A stretch of DNA of 64,000 nucleotides from contig JAJRWB010000076.1 in assembly GCA_024276995.1 (NCBI GenBank), forward strand, positions 164 to 64,163, written 5' to 3'. The translations under genes were made by a program, and so were the position numbers. This DNA is from Candidatus Eiseniibacteriota bacterium (GTDB taxonomy: Bacteria > Orphanbacterota > Orphanbacteria > Orphanbacterales > Orphanbacteraceae). Position 1 is the first letter of the stretch. The number at the start of each line of letters is the position of its first letter. Positions 37,225-47,172 of the stretch are shown in pieces. The notes under the pieces were generated by a model. It had not been told where the DNA came from, ran no database searches, and was given only the letters and a program-made list of their open reading frames with translations.

Positions 37225-39207
37225 CTATTGCATTGAATCCTGGCTTGTTATCTGCTTGGAATCCGGCGGGATCGAGAGAGTGGTATCGTGCTTCGCCACC
37301 TCCTCGAGAAGTTCCTCGGCGTCGGGATAGTCGGGGTCGAGGCGAAGCGCTTCCCTGAGGGCGACCGCCGCCGGGGCGTACTGACCGCTCCTGGCGAAAA
37401 GAAGACCGACGTTGAAATGGAGCTTGGGGTCGTCGGGCGCGAGCCGAAGCGCCTCCCGGTATTCCGCGAGTGCTTCGGTGGGGCGGCCCTCTCTCGCGAG
37501 GAGCGATCCGAGGTTCGTGTGCGCTTCCTTCCGGTCGGGATCGATGCCGATGATCGCCCGGTATTCCGCTTCCGCGGCGTCGTTCTCCCCTTTCGCTTCC
37601 AGTTCGAGACCCAGATTGTACCGGGCGTCGACGTGGGTCGAATCGTTTTCGATCAGGCCCCTGTAGATCGCCATCGCCTCTTCGTGCTCCCCGAGAGCGC
37701 CGAGGCTCAGGGCGAGACCGAATTTCGCTCTCTCCATGTCGGGGATCATCGAGAGCGCCTGTCGGAATGCCGGTTCCGCTCCGGCGAAGTCACCCATCTT
37801 GTATTGCGCGTAGCCGAGGTTCGCCAGCGCCCACGGGGTGGGTAGGAACGCCACGTAGCGCGGATCGAGGGCGAGGGAGGAGCGGAAGAGGCCGACCGCG
37901 TCGGTATAGGCTCCGTTCTGGTACGCGGCGTAGCCGAGCATATAGCGCGCTTCCGGCGCGTAGGCGTTCTTCCGGAGCGTGTCGGTGAAGAGCGTTCGGT
38001 CGTCCTTCCAGACGGCGTTCCGTGACACCGTGGCGAAGCCGAGGAGGAGTGCGAGCGCCCCGGTTACGATCACCCCCGGTTCGAGCCCGGCGCGTTTCTC
38101 CCTGCCGACGAACCAGGCGCCCCACTCTTCGAGAAGCGCACCCGCCACGAGGAGGAATCCGGCGGAGGGGAGATAGAGAAGGCGTTCGGCCCTGAAATGG
38201 AGAAGGGGGACGATATTCAGAAAAGGAAGCATCGCGACGGCGATCCACGCGCCGCCGAAGGCGATCTCCCTTCTTCCTTTCCCGATCCGCCGGGCGCCGT
38301 AGATCGCCGCCCCGATGAAGGCGAGCGCGAAAAGCGCCCGGCTGTCGAACGGGCCGGTCGACAGGAGCACCGCGTCATTCGTGTGCTGTGGGAAGGGGAT
38401 AAGAAGGAGTCTGAAGTAACCGCCGAGCACTCGCAGCATGGTCGGGATGAGCACGGAGAAGGGGATCGCCGCGGTGCTTCCGGTGCCGAACGCACCGAGC
38501 GCTCCGTGGCGGAGGAAGAGGTAGAGCGGCACGATGAGAAGATGGGGCGTGAGCGCGAGAAAGGAGGCCTTGCGTTTTCCCTTGTCCGGGGTGAAAAGGG
38601 CGATCGCCGCAAGGAGAAGGGGCGTGACGAGGGCGACCTCTTTCGCGCCGAGGGCGAAGGCGAAAGCGGCGGTGCTCCCGGCGATGCGCAGCGGCTTTCC
38701 CCCGGCGCGGGCATGGAGAAGGAGCGAGAGAAACATGCCGAATGCGGCGAGCAGCCCGGTGCGGCCCGAGATCCAGGATACCGCCTCGGTGTGGATCGGG
38801 TGGACCGCGAAGAGGAGCGCCGCGAGGAAGGGCGCTTTCGACCGTGGGAAGAGCGTGGCGAACAGGAGGAAGAGGAGGACGCTGTTCGCGCAATGGAGGA
38901 GGATGTTGGTCACATGGTAGCCGGCCGGCTGGTCGCCGAAAAGGAGGTGGTCGAGGGTGTAGGAGATCGACACCACCGGGCGGTAGTACCCCCCCTTTCC
39001 CGTGGAGCCGCCGGCGAAGCTCCAGAGCGGTTTCGTGAACACCCTTCTCCACTCGTCCGCGCCGTGCAGGATGCCGTTCCCTTCGACGATGATCGTGTGA
39101 TCCGCCCAGACGAAGTCGCCGCCCACGCTGTTGGCGAACACCGCGAGCGCGGCCGCGGCGATGATGAGCATCGGGATGAGATGCCTGCGGATTCCCGCCG
39201 TTTCCAT
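37225..39207 (-). CDS. TMTC-like GT-C membrane protein (putative protein O-glycosyltransferase) with C-terminal TPRs
   Basis: FVWAD, YYRP, LFAVHPIHTEAVSWISGR, AKE, AERLLYLPS, RNAVWKD; several TPRs. Confidence 0.85.
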   Translation of the reverse strand: METAGIRRHLIPMLIIAAAALAVFANSVGGDFVWADHTIIVEGNGILHGADEWRRVFTKPLWSFAGGSTGKGGYYRPVVSISYTLDHLLFGDQPAGYHVTNILLHCANSVLLFLLFATLFPRSKAPFLAALLFAVHPIHTEAVSWISGRTGLLAAFGMFLSLLLHARAGGKPLRIAGSTAAFAFALGAKEVALVTPLLLAAIALFTPDKGKRKASFLALTPHLLIVPLYLFLRHGALGAFGTGSTAAIPFSVLIPTMLRVLGGYFRLLLIPFPQHTNDAVLLSTGPFDSRALFALAFIGAAIYGARRIGKGRREIAFGGAWIAVAMLPFLNIVPLLHFRAERLLYLPSAGFLLVAGALLEEWGAWFVGREKRAGLEPGVIVTGALALLLGFATVSRNAVWKDDRTLFTDTLRKNAYAPEARYMLGYAAYQNGAYTDAVGLFRSSLALDPRYVAFLPTPWALANLGYAQYKMGDFAGAEPAFRQALSMIPDMERAKFGLALSLGALGEHEEAMAIYRGLIENDSTHVDARYNLGLELEAKGENDAAEAEYRAIIGIDPDRKEAHTNLGSLLAREGRPTEALAEYREALRLAPDDPKLHFNVGLLFARSGQYAPAAVALREALRLDPDYPDAEELLEEVAKHDTTLSIPPDSKQITSQDSMQ

Positions 39208-39391
39208 TCGATTCCTCCCGGCGCTCCATCGGATCGGCGCCGAGGGTTGAGTTTACCCGTACCGACGCCGACCATCAAGGAAAGGACGAAAGGATGCGGT
39301 GTCGCTTCACGCCGGTGCGCCGCAAAGGACTCACACCGCGGTTTCCCGTGTGATACGATCGTCCGGTCCGTGCAAAGAGCCATGGAGAAGG

Positions 39392-40699
39392 ATGGAAAAG
39401 CCGACGATGAAAACCGCTCTGCTCCTCGCCGGTCTCGCCGCGGCGCCCGCTGCGGCGGTCTCCCGCCCTTCGGCCGCGCTCCCCCCCGTACCTTCCTCCG
39501 GGGCCGGTGTGGGAGTGGTGATGCGCGCCGGTCCCGAAACGCTGCAGGGGAAGATCTACGATCTCACGGGTACCGGTGCCGGCGGCGCTCTGCCCGACGG
39601 TTGCCGTCTCGTTCTGGCGCCGGGGGAGTACAGCATCAAGCCGGACCGCTACACCGACGGAACGTGCGGCAACTGCGACGATCCGGTGACGCCCGTCGAA
39701 GCGACCGTCGGGCTGAGAATCTCGGGCAAGGGGATCGTCATCGAGGGGGTGGGCACCACGCCGGAAGAAGTGGTGATCCTCACCCACTCCGGCTACGGAA
39801 TCCTCTTCGAGGAGTGCGTCGATTGCTCGCTGCGGAACCTGACGATCACCGGCGGCGTGCGGGACGTGGACGGACGGGCCACCGACGGCGCGGTGGTGGT
39901 GAAGCATGGCTCGGTCACCATCGAGAACTGCCGGATCGAAGGAAACATCGGCGACAGCGCCGTGATCGCCTCCACCGTGGTGGGGATCGCCGGCATCGTC
40001 GGGCGCGAGGGCGCGACGATCGCGGCTCGGGGAAACCGGATTATGCGCAATTCGTGGGACGGCATTGTCCTTTACCGGGGCGCGTCGGGTATTCTCGAAG
40101 AGAATGTGATCGACGGTGTGGATTGGGCGAAGGGGAGGAGCACCGGGGGGGGGCGCGGTGTGGGCATCGGCGTCACGTGGGATGGAGAAGCGACGATCCG
40201 GCGGAACCTGGTCCGCCGCTACTGGAAGGGGATCGGCGTGTTCGTCGACGCGAAGTGCGACGTCAGGGAGAACGTGGTGGAAGAGATGCTGGCCTGGGGA
40301 ATCTCCCTGTGGGACGCGGGGAAGGGCGCCCCCTCGGCGCGGATCGAGAGGAACATCGTGTTCGATACGGGCGCGTGCGGCATCTCGATCACCCGGGAGA
40401 GGGAAGACGGTCCGCCGCCGGGCTCGTGCAGGGGGAATCTCGTCATCCGGAGCGGCCAGAACCCGGAGTACGACTCGGCGAAGACGTATTGCCGCCAGAC
40501 ACCGGTGGCGGTGGCGGCACGCCCGGAAAGCTTCGATCTCGGCGGGAATCTCTTCAGCGCGAACCGGAGAAGCGCCTTCGCCCTGCTAGACGACGATTTG
40601 CCGAGGGAACTCCTGCGCGAGCGGTCCGAGGGCTTGGTCGCCGATCTATCGGCCGTGCCCTCCCTCAGGGGGGCGGAGGTCTTCGAATGGCTTCGCTAG
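39392..40699 (+). CDS. Secreted right-handed parallel beta-helix protein (start may be 39407)
   Basis: Signal-like MKTALLLAGLAAA; repeats such as IENCRIEGN, GNRIMRN, RNLV, ENVV. Confidence 0.75.
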   Translation: MEKPTMKTALLLAGLAAAPAAAVSRPSAALPPVPSSGAGVGVVMRAGPETLQGKIYDLTGTGAGGALPDGCRLVLAPGEYSIKPDRYTDGTCGNCDDPVTPVEATVGLRISGKGIVIEGVGTTPEEVVILTHSGYGILFEECVDCSLRNLTITGGVRDVDGRATDGAVVVKHGSVTIENCRIEGNIGDSAVIASTVVGIAGIVGREGATIAARGNRIMRNSWDGIVLYRGASGILEENVIDGVDWAKGRSTGGGRGVGIGVTWDGEATIRRNLVRRYWKGIGVFVDAKCDVRENVVEEMLAWGISLWDAGKGAPSARIERNIVFDTGACGISITREREDGPPPGSCRGNLVIRSGQNPEYDSAKTYCRQTPVAVAARPESFDLGGNLFSANRRSAFALLDDDLPRELLRERSEGLVADLSAVPSLRGAEVFEWLR

Positions 40700-42126
40700 A
40701 GCAGCCCTCCGCGGGGAACACGGTTCAAACTCTAATATATAAATTATGGTTCACGCCGCTTATGGCGGCGCTCCTGATCGGCGCCCTTCTCGGCGGCTGT
40801 TCCCGGGAGAAGAGCGCCGGCGCGACCGACCGGCCGAGGATCGTTCTCTTCGCCGTCGACGGTTTCGAGTGGGACGTGGCCCTTCCCCTCCTCCGCGAGG
40901 GACGCCTTCCCCATCTCGCCGCCCTCGCGGAGCGCGGGGTCTACGGCCGGATCCGGTCGATCGTCCCCACCGTCTCCCCCGCGGTGTGGACCACGGCGGC
41001 CACCGGGAAGGGGATCGAAAAGCACGGCATCTATCATTTCCGCAGAAGGGACGGCGGACCGGGCGCGGAGTCTCTCTTCAACAGCACCCACAGGAAGACG
41101 AAGGCGTTCTGGAACATCCTGACCGACTACGGCCTGCGCATCCACTCGATCGGCTGGTTCCTCACCTACCCGGTGGAGCCGATCAACGGCGTGATGATCT
41201 CCCACGCCCAGGGGATCGGGAAACCGGAGTGGGTGAAGACGAAACGCTCTCCCGAGGGGAAGCTCATCGAGGGGATGAAGGGACAGGTGTGGCCGGTGGA
41301 GCGCGAGCGGGAGATGTTCGACTGCCTGCGGCGAAGCGACGAGAAGATGCCGGAGCTGATCGAGACGATTTTCGGCGAGAGACTCGACTCCCTCGACGAG
41401 GTCGGTTCGCGCCTTTTCCGGGCGAGCCGGTGGGCGTTCCGGAACGATGAGACGTACGTGGCGATCGCCGAAAAGCTCGCCGTCGAGGGGCCGTTCGACC
41501 TGATGACCGTCTACATGGGGGGGACCGACGTGGCGGGACACCGGTTCTGGCGGTACTATCGTCCCGATCGGTACGACCATCCCCCGTCCGAGGGCGAGTT
41601 GAAGAAGCTCGCGCGGATCATCCCATCGTACTATGTCCACGTGGACGACGTGATCGGACGCCTGGAGACGCTTCTAGGCGACAGCACGACGGTGGTCGTC
41701 CTTTCCGATCACGGTATGCGCTCCGCCCAGGAGACGAGCCGTTTCGAGCCGGCCGATCCGTCGAAACTGGTGTCGGGACGGCACACGACGAACGCCGTTT
41801 TCTTCGCCGCCGGACCCGCCGTGCGCCGCGCCGCGAGAAGCGCGTCGTGGGACGGCGTGGAGGTGGACGATCTTCCCGTGCTGGGCGACATGGTCGACAT
41901 CACGCCCACCCTTCTTTCCCTTCTTCAGATCCCGGTGGGGCGCGACATGGACGGCAAGGCGCTCGACACGGTGATCGATCCCGCCTACGCCCGACAACAC
42001 CCTACCCGCTTCATCGACACCCACGATACGAAGGAGTGGCTCGAAATGCGCCGCGCCGCGGCGAAGATCCTTCCCGGGCGGGAGGAGCGCTGGGAAGAAC
42101 TCCGCGCTCTCGGGTACCTCGACTGA
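40687..42126 (+). CDS. Alkaline phosphatase superfamily (nucleotide pyrophosphatase/phosphodiesterase-like) lipoprotein; start may be 40762
   Basis: LLGG-C lipobox; FAVDG; PTVSPAVWTTAATG; DVAGH; LSDHG; DITPT; ELRALGYL. Confidence 0.85.
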   Translation: MASLEQPSAGNTVQTLIYKLWFTPLMAALLIGALLGGCSREKSAGATDRPRIVLFAVDGFEWDVALPLLREGRLPHLAALAERGVYGRIRSIVPTVSPAVWTTAATGKGIEKHGIYHFRRRDGGPGAESLFNSTHRKTKAFWNILTDYGLRIHSIGWFLTYPVEPINGVMISHAQGIGKPEWVKTKRSPEGKLIEGMKGQVWPVEREREMFDCLRRSDEKMPELIETIFGERLDSLDEVGSRLFRASRWAFRNDETYVAIAEKLAVEGPFDLMTVYMGGTDVAGHRFWRYYRPDRYDHPPSEGELKKLARIIPSYYVHVDDVIGRLETLLGDSTTVVVLSDHGMRSAQETSRFEPADPSKLVSGRHTTNAVFFAAGPAVRRAARSASWDGVEVDDLPVLGDMVDITPTLLSLLQIPVGRDMDGKALDTVIDPAYARQHPTRFIDTHDTKEWLEMRRAAAKILPGREERWEELRALGYLD

Positions 42127-42145
42127 CGAGGGTTCGACGGAAGCC

Positions 42146-43885
42146 CTATCTTACCAGGGTGATCTTCACATGGTCCGAACGTTTGCCCGCCTCGAGCCGG
42201 GCGAAGTACGTTCCGGATGGGACACGGCCGTCCGGCGTCCAGGTGAAGAAGTGCGGACCGGCGCCGAGGCGCTCCGATATGAGCGTCTCGACGCGCCTCC
42301 CCGCGACGTCATAGATCGCGAGCGTCGCCCGCTCCTCCCCCTGAAGGCGGAACGAGAGCGTGGTGGCCGGGTTGAACGGGTTCGGCAGAGCCGTGAGATA
42401 CGGTGGAAGGGAAGGGACGCCGCCGCTTTCCACCGGCGGTTCGCCGCCGCGGATGTCGAGCACGTGGGGGAGATGGTCGGACGCTCTTCTCGTGTCGTCC
42501 CGGCGCAGCCTCGAGCCGATGAGCATGCGCTCCTCGAGAAGAGGTGTATGAAGTATGAAGCTCTTCGCCACGTTGACCCGGCTGTCGGTGTAGCTGATCC
42601 TGTCGATGTGGCCCGGGCCGTACTCGTTCCGTTCGTCGTACCACGTGTAATCCTGGCGCACCGAGTTCTGCCTCGACAGGAGGGCCGTCAGATCGGTGCC
42701 GTCCCAATCGGGACGGAAGTCGGCGCCGTAGGCGGCGTTGTTTGCGATGTCTCCCGTCAGAAGCGTCTTCACCTGGCGGGAGTCGCCGTACATATTCGCA
42801 TCTCCCACGAGGATGATCGCCGTGTTCCTCCCGATTTTCGCGTCGCTCCCCCCTTCACGGGCGTCTCGCACGAACGCCATCACCTCGTCGATCTGTTGCT
42901 GCCTCGCGCCGTCGTTGGAACAGCACGACAGGTGCATGTTGATGAGAAGCAGGTCGTTCTCGAATCGATCGGGGAGGTCGATCAGCGTCGCCCACGCCCG
43001 CCCGGGGCTCGCCACCCACGCGCCGATGAAAGGGAACCGCGACACCGTGTGGAGCTGTCCGCCGTCCCACGCTTGGTACCATCTCCCCCTCAGCCGAGAA
43101 GCGACACGGCTCTTCGTTTCGTTTCCCGTGTGATTGTAGATCTCCTGGAAGGCGATGATGTCCGGATCGAGGGCGTCGAAGATCCGGTTGTACTCGGCGT
43201 AGCGGATCCAGGGACTGTCGCGGAGGACGTTGTACGTCAGGATCCTCACGTCGGTCGCCTTCTCCCTGGCGATGGGAATCGGTTCGGCGTCGAAGGGGAT
43301 CGTCTCGTCGAAGGTGTATTCCACCGACGCATCATCGTCGGGTATCCGGTCGCCGCCGGCAAGATCACGCATCGCCAGGCGGATCGTTTTCGAGGAAAAA
43401 ATCGGCGAGCCTCCCACCGTCGCGTTCCGGGGGATGGAGATTTCGAATTCCTTCGCCGAATGGGCGGGCGCCGTGATGATACCGGCGTCGACCCAGTGGA
43501 GCATGGTGTCGAAGAAAAGCCCCCGCCGCTCGCCGAAACTCCACGAGAACTCCGCCCCCATGTCGCCCGTGGCGCCGTCGAAGTCGCCGTCGATGTAGAG
43601 GGTGAGTCGGTTCGCCTCCTGGAGCACCAACTCGCGCCTCAGCTTCACACGGATGTACAGGTTTCGCCTGTCGTTCGCCACGCCGAGGGAGATCAGATCG
43701 ATCCCACCCCTCCCGGCGTCGCCCGCCGGGTCGGAGGCCGATACGCGCAGGCCGTCCCACTCCTCGGTTACACCGTCCACGGCGATCGGCGCGGCGCGTC
43801 CGTCGGCGGTGGGCGAGTCGATCGCCAGCATCGCCGGCAGGAGGAGGAAGGGGGGAGAAAGGAATCGGAACGCGCTGCGGAGCAC
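42146..43885 (-). CDS. Secreted endonuclease/exonuclease/phosphatase (EEP) family protein with C-terminal sorting domain
   Basis: ILTYNV, AFQE, GDAN, IDRI, SDHLP; PNPFNP...SGTYFARL C-terminus. Confidence 0.85.
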   Translation of the reverse strand: MLRSAFRFLSPPFLLLPAMLAIDSPTADGRAAPIAVDGVTEEWDGLRVSASDPAGDAGRGGIDLISLGVANDRRNLYIRVKLRRELVLQEANRLTLYIDGDFDGATGDMGAEFSWSFGERRGLFFDTMLHWVDAGIITAPAHSAKEFEISIPRNATVGGSPIFSSKTIRLAMRDLAGGDRIPDDDASVEYTFDETIPFDAEPIPIAREKATDVRILTYNVLRDSPWIRYAEYNRIFDALDPDIIAFQEIYNHTGNETKSRVASRLRGRWYQAWDGGQLHTVSRFPFIGAWVASPGRAWATLIDLPDRFENDLLLINMHLSCCSNDGARQQQIDEVMAFVRDAREGGSDAKIGRNTAIILVGDANMYGDSRQVKTLLTGDIANNAAYGADFRPDWDGTDLTALLSRQNSVRQDYTWYDERNEYGPGHIDRISYTDSRVNVAKSFILHTPLLEERMLIGSRLRRDDTRRASDHLPHVLDIRGGEPPVESGGVPSLPPYLTALPNPFNPATTLSFRLQGEERATLAIYDVAGRRVETLISERLGAGPHFFTWTPDGRVPSGTYFARLEAGKRSDHVKITLVR

Positions 43886-43886
43886 T

Positions 43887-44411
43887 TCATTCCTCCAACT
43901 CGATGCCGAGGCCGTCGGCGATGCGGTTCACGAAGGCGAAGTAGGCGGTGATGGCGCAGATATCGTGGATCGTCCGATCGTCGAAACCGGCGGCGCGCAG
44001 GGCGAGCGCGTCTTCGGCGCCGACATCGCCCGGCGCGAGGGTGAGGCGACCGGCGTAGTCGAGCATCGCCCGTTCGTCATCGCGGAGGTCGGCCTTCGTA
44101 TAGTCCGATTCGAGCGCCTCCACGAGGGAGTCGCCCCGTGGATCGCCCTCTTTCTTAAGCGCCGCACGGAGACCCGCCCCGTGATGCACCGTTCAGTAGC
44201 GGCAGCCGTTCAGCCCCGACACGGTGAGGGCGATCATCTCCCGGCGGCTCCTGGCGAGGGGGCCGGGGCGGTGCATGAGGGTGACGTAGAAATCGTAATG
44301 ATTCTTCATCACCGGCGGGTTCACGCCGTGGACCCGGATGATGTTGTCCCTGTCGGGCACGCGGTGGCGTTCGGGGATTTCCTCGTTAGGTGTGTACCGG
44401 ATGAACGCCAC
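43887..44411 (-). CDS. AhpD/carboxymuconolactone-decarboxylase-family peroxidase-related selenoprotein (Sec at TGA 44193-44195)
   Basis: Two ORF-track fragments are in frame: REMIALTVSGLNGCRY-TGA-TVHHG...FVNRIADGLG; TGA occupies the second Cys position of CxxC..H. Confidence 0.85.
44165..44183 (-). promoter_or_regulatory. Bacterial SECIS-like hairpin
   Basis: CACGGGG-CGGGU-CUCCGUG stem-loop; loop starts 16 nt after UGA with G at the second loop position. Confidence 0.65.
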
Positions 44412-44413
44412 GG

Positions 44414-44944
44414 TTACCTCGCCTCCCCCGCGCCGCGCCGGCCGAAGCCGAGGAGGTCGGAGTACGACGATCCCACCACGGCACCGGTGGCGCCGGAAAA
44501 GCGACGCGCGAGTTCCTTCACTTTCGCCCACGCCTGCCCGTCGGTGCACTCGTCGTCCACCACCGCTTCGAACTCGATGAACGCGCCGAGCCCTTCCACG
44601 CGGTCGATATGGATCCTCACATTGTCATGGATATAGAGAAGTCTCGTCTTACGGACGACGCCGATCACACCGAGGGTGGAGGCGAGCGCCTCGTGGAGCG
44701 GCCCGGCATCGACCGGCACCACCACGTAGTCGCTCCCTCTTGCCGCCGCGTCGTCGGGCCGAATGTAGGCGATCAGTTCCGCCCCGCCCGCCGTTTTCCG
44801 GATCTTGAGCCGTCCCTCGGTGGAACGGAAGTACGTGTCGGTCTGCGCCAGTTCGGCGGTGCATGGCCCCGCGATCTCCCCGGCGATGCGGAGAGCGCGG
44901 TCGAGGTCGATGCACCGCGCCTTCCACTCGATGTTCCTGTTCAT
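44414..44944 (-). CDS. CYTH-domain protein (class IV adenylate cyclase-like)
   Basis: NIEWKA, QTDTYF, GRLKIR, VRKTR, HIDRVEGLGAFIEFE, SYSDLL. Confidence 0.9.
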   Translation of the reverse strand: MNRNIEWKARCIDLDRALRIAGEIAGPCTAELAQTDTYFRSTEGRLKIRKTAGGAELIAYIRPDDAAARGSDYVVVPVDAGPLHEALASTLGVIGVVRKTRLLYIHDNVRIHIDRVEGLGAFIEFEAVVDDECTDGQAWAKVKELARRFSGATGAVVGSSYSDLLGFGRRGAGEAR

Positions 44945-44985
44945 CGCTCTTCCCCCCTCACCGCACCGCCACGCCGATTCCCCGT

Positions 44986-45678
44986 CTAGGGAACCGGCTC
45001 GATCGACGCCTCGCCGCTCGAAGCGACCGGCAGATCCTCCATCACCGGGCCGATAACGATCACCACGCGGCGGTTCATCGCCCGTCCCTCGGGTATGGCG
45101 TTGTCCGCCACGGGGCGGTATTCGCCGTACCCCACCGCGGCAAGCCTGTTCGGCGGGACGTTGTAATTCTCTCGCATGTAATGGAGCGCCGAGTTCGCGC
45201 GGGCGGATGACAGCTCCCAGTTCGACTTATAGCGATCCCGGAACTGGGGAGCGATCTGCACGTTGTCGGTATGTCCTTCCACGAGAATCTCCCTATCGGG
45301 ATACCTGTCGATCACGTCGCCGATCCTGCCGAGGATCTCCTTCCCCGTATCGGTGAGCGTGGTGCCGCCCGAGCGGAAGAGCGCCGCATCGGACACGGTG
45401 ATGATCGACTTCGTCGAGATCCGGTCGAGAAGAACCTGCTTCTCCTCGCGATAGTCCGCCAGCGATCGCTCGAGCTCTCCCGAAAGCCGGTCGGCCCTTT
45501 GCTTTTCGGCGTTCCACTTCGTCTCCATCGCCGAGAGTCGTCCCTGGAGCGATGTGATCTCCATCCGTTGCTGTTCGATCAGCTGCTTCCTGCCCGAGCA
45601 CCCGGGCGACGACAGTACGACGGTGACCGCCGCGGCGAAGATTGCCGCAGTCGGCGCACGCTTCACGATTCGTCTCAT
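44986..45678 (-). CDS. OmpA/MotB-family peptidoglycan-binding lipoprotein with coiled coil
   Basis: SPG-C lipobox-like; VEGHTDN, SNWELSSARA, GYGEYRP, NRRV. Confidence 0.88.
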   Translation of the reverse strand: MRRIVKRAPTAAIFAAAVTVVLSSPGCSGRKQLIEQQRMEITSLQGRLSAMETKWNAEKQRADRLSGELERSLADYREEKQVLLDRISTKSIITVSDAALFRSGGTTLTDTGKEILGRIGDVIDRYPDREILVEGHTDNVQIAPQFRDRYKSNWELSSARANSALHYMRENYNVPPNRLAAVGYGEYRPVADNAIPEGRAMNRRVVIVIGPVMEDLPVASSGEASIEPVP

Positions 45679-45807
45679 TTCCGATTCCACCTTGTTCCGG
45701 TTTCCCCGCACAGCCTGACGCAATGCACCTGTTTTCGACAAGCCTCCATGAAGAGCATTAGTCGAAAGAATACGGTCCGTCAAGCGGGAATGAGACGTGC
45801 GGACGCG

Positions 45808-46398
45808 CTATTCCGGCGCGCACCGCTTCGCGCATCTTACCTGTTCATATCGGAAGCAATCGACGGTGTGGTCGTTCACCATGCCCGCCGCCTGCATGTA
45901 GGCATAGCAGATCGTGCTTCCGACGAAGGAGAAACCCCGCTTCTTCATGTCGCGGCTCATGGCTTCCGACTCCGTCGTGCTCACCGGAATGTCGGCCTGC
46001 TCCTTCCACCGGTTCCGGATCGTCTTGCCGCCGGTGAAGCGCCAGATATATGCATCGAACGACCCGAACATGGTTTGGATATCAAGGAAGGCGCGGGCGT
46101 TCTTCACCGCGGAGCGCACTTTTAGGCGGTTCCGAATGATCGCGCGGTTTCCCAGGAGCGACTCGATCTTCCGTTCGGTGAAGCGGGCCACTTTCTCCGG
46201 GTCGAACCGGGCGAACGCTTCGCGGTAACCGTCTCTCCTTTTCAGGATCGTCGCCCAGCTGAGGCCCGCCTGGGCGCCGTCGAGGATGATGTACTCGAAA
46301 TGGGTGCGGTCGTCGTGAAGAGGAACGCCCCACTCGGTGTCGTGGTATTCCATTTCGAGCACGCTCCCCACGCACCATTCACACCGCTTCTTCTTCAT
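45808..46398 (-). CDS. tag: DNA-3-methyladenine glycosylase I
   Basis: RCEW, YHDTEWGVP, QAGLSW, IIRNRLK, GMVNDH...C. Confidence 0.95.
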   Translation of the reverse strand: MKKKRCEWCVGSVLEMEYHDTEWGVPLHDDRTHFEYIILDGAQAGLSWATILKRRDGYREAFARFDPEKVARFTERKIESLLGNRAIIRNRLKVRSAVKNARAFLDIQTMFGSFDAYIWRFTGGKTIRNRWKEQADIPVSTTESEAMSRDMKKRGFSFVGSTICYAYMQAAGMVNDHTVDCFRYEQVRCAKRCAPE

Positions 46399-46951
46399 TC
46401 CCGCCTCCTCCGCGTGCGCCGCCGCCGGGCGGAGCGTTTCGCGACGTATCGTTCGTGCCGACCTTTTCCCGCCGGAAATGCTGCAGGAGCAGCCAGCCGG
46501 CGCCCGCCATGATGAACGTGTCGGCGAAGTTGAACACACCGGTGCGGAGCGGACCGATCCCCATGTTCATGAAGTCGACCACGACGCCGTCGTAGAAGAC
46601 CCTATCGAAAAGGTTGCTCACGCCGCCGCTCACCACGAGGGTGAGGGCGTTCCTGTAGACCGTTCCCTGGCCGCCGCGGAAGCCGAAGAAGGCGAGGAGA
46701 ATGAGCCCCGCGGTGGAGACCACTACGAAGAGGAGGAACCGTCCCCGCTCGGAAAGCCCCGCGCCGAGGCTGAGAAAACCGCCCCGGTTCTCGGCGTACT
46801 GGATGCGGAACGTGTCGCCGGCGAAGATCTTCGGCGGCGAGTGGGCGATCGTACGCCGGGCGATCTCCTTCGTACCTTGGTCGAAGGAAACGAGGAGAAC
46901 GAGGAGAAGGACGTGGGGGACGATCGCGCGCGCGGGGCGGATACCTGTCAT
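46379..46951 (-). CDS. lspA: Lipoprotein signal peptidase II
   Basis: DQGTK, ENRGG, SNLFDR, VVDF, FNFAD. Confidence 0.9.
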   Translation of the reverse strand: MTGIRPARAIVPHVLLLVLLVSFDQGTKEIARRTIAHSPPKIFAGDTFRIQYAENRGGFLSLGAGLSERGRFLLFVVVSTAGLILLAFFGFRGGQGTVYRNALTLVVSGGVSNLFDRVFYDGVVVDFMNMGIGPLRTGVFNFADTFIMAGAGWLLLQHFRREKVGTNDTSRNAPPGGGARGGGGNEEEAV

Positions 46952-47172
46952 TTTACACCTTTATAATATCGGCCCGAAGCGGGGGCGAGCGCCGCCGCCG
47001 GACAGATGCGGAAACACTCGACGCACTTCGTGCACGTCTGGGAGTGAAAACGAAGTTCCATCCTCCTGAGAACGAGCGACTCGGGCAGGCACACCGCGAT
47101 GCACGCGCCGCACCGGATACATCGTTCGTGAAGGATCTGGAGGAACGGGCGAAGCGTGGCGGCGGCGGTCAT
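46948..47172 (-). CDS. 2[4Fe-4S] ferredoxin
   Basis: CIRCGACIAVCL and CTKCVECFRICP; start overlaps the reductase stop, stop overlaps the lspA start. Confidence 0.85.
   Translation of the reverse strand: MTAAATLRPFLQILHERCIRCGACIAVCLPESLVLRRMELRFHSQTCTKCVECFRICPAAALAPASGRYYKGVK

Noticed and set aside
39665..39682. CGNC in the beta-helix protein as a heme c site
   Set aside because: It is followed by D rather than H, so it is not CxxCH.
38197..40686. N-terminal 830 aa of the 1309-aa ORF
   Set aside because: This is a shadow frame over the TMTC-like and beta-helix genes. Only 40687-42126 looks like a real protein.
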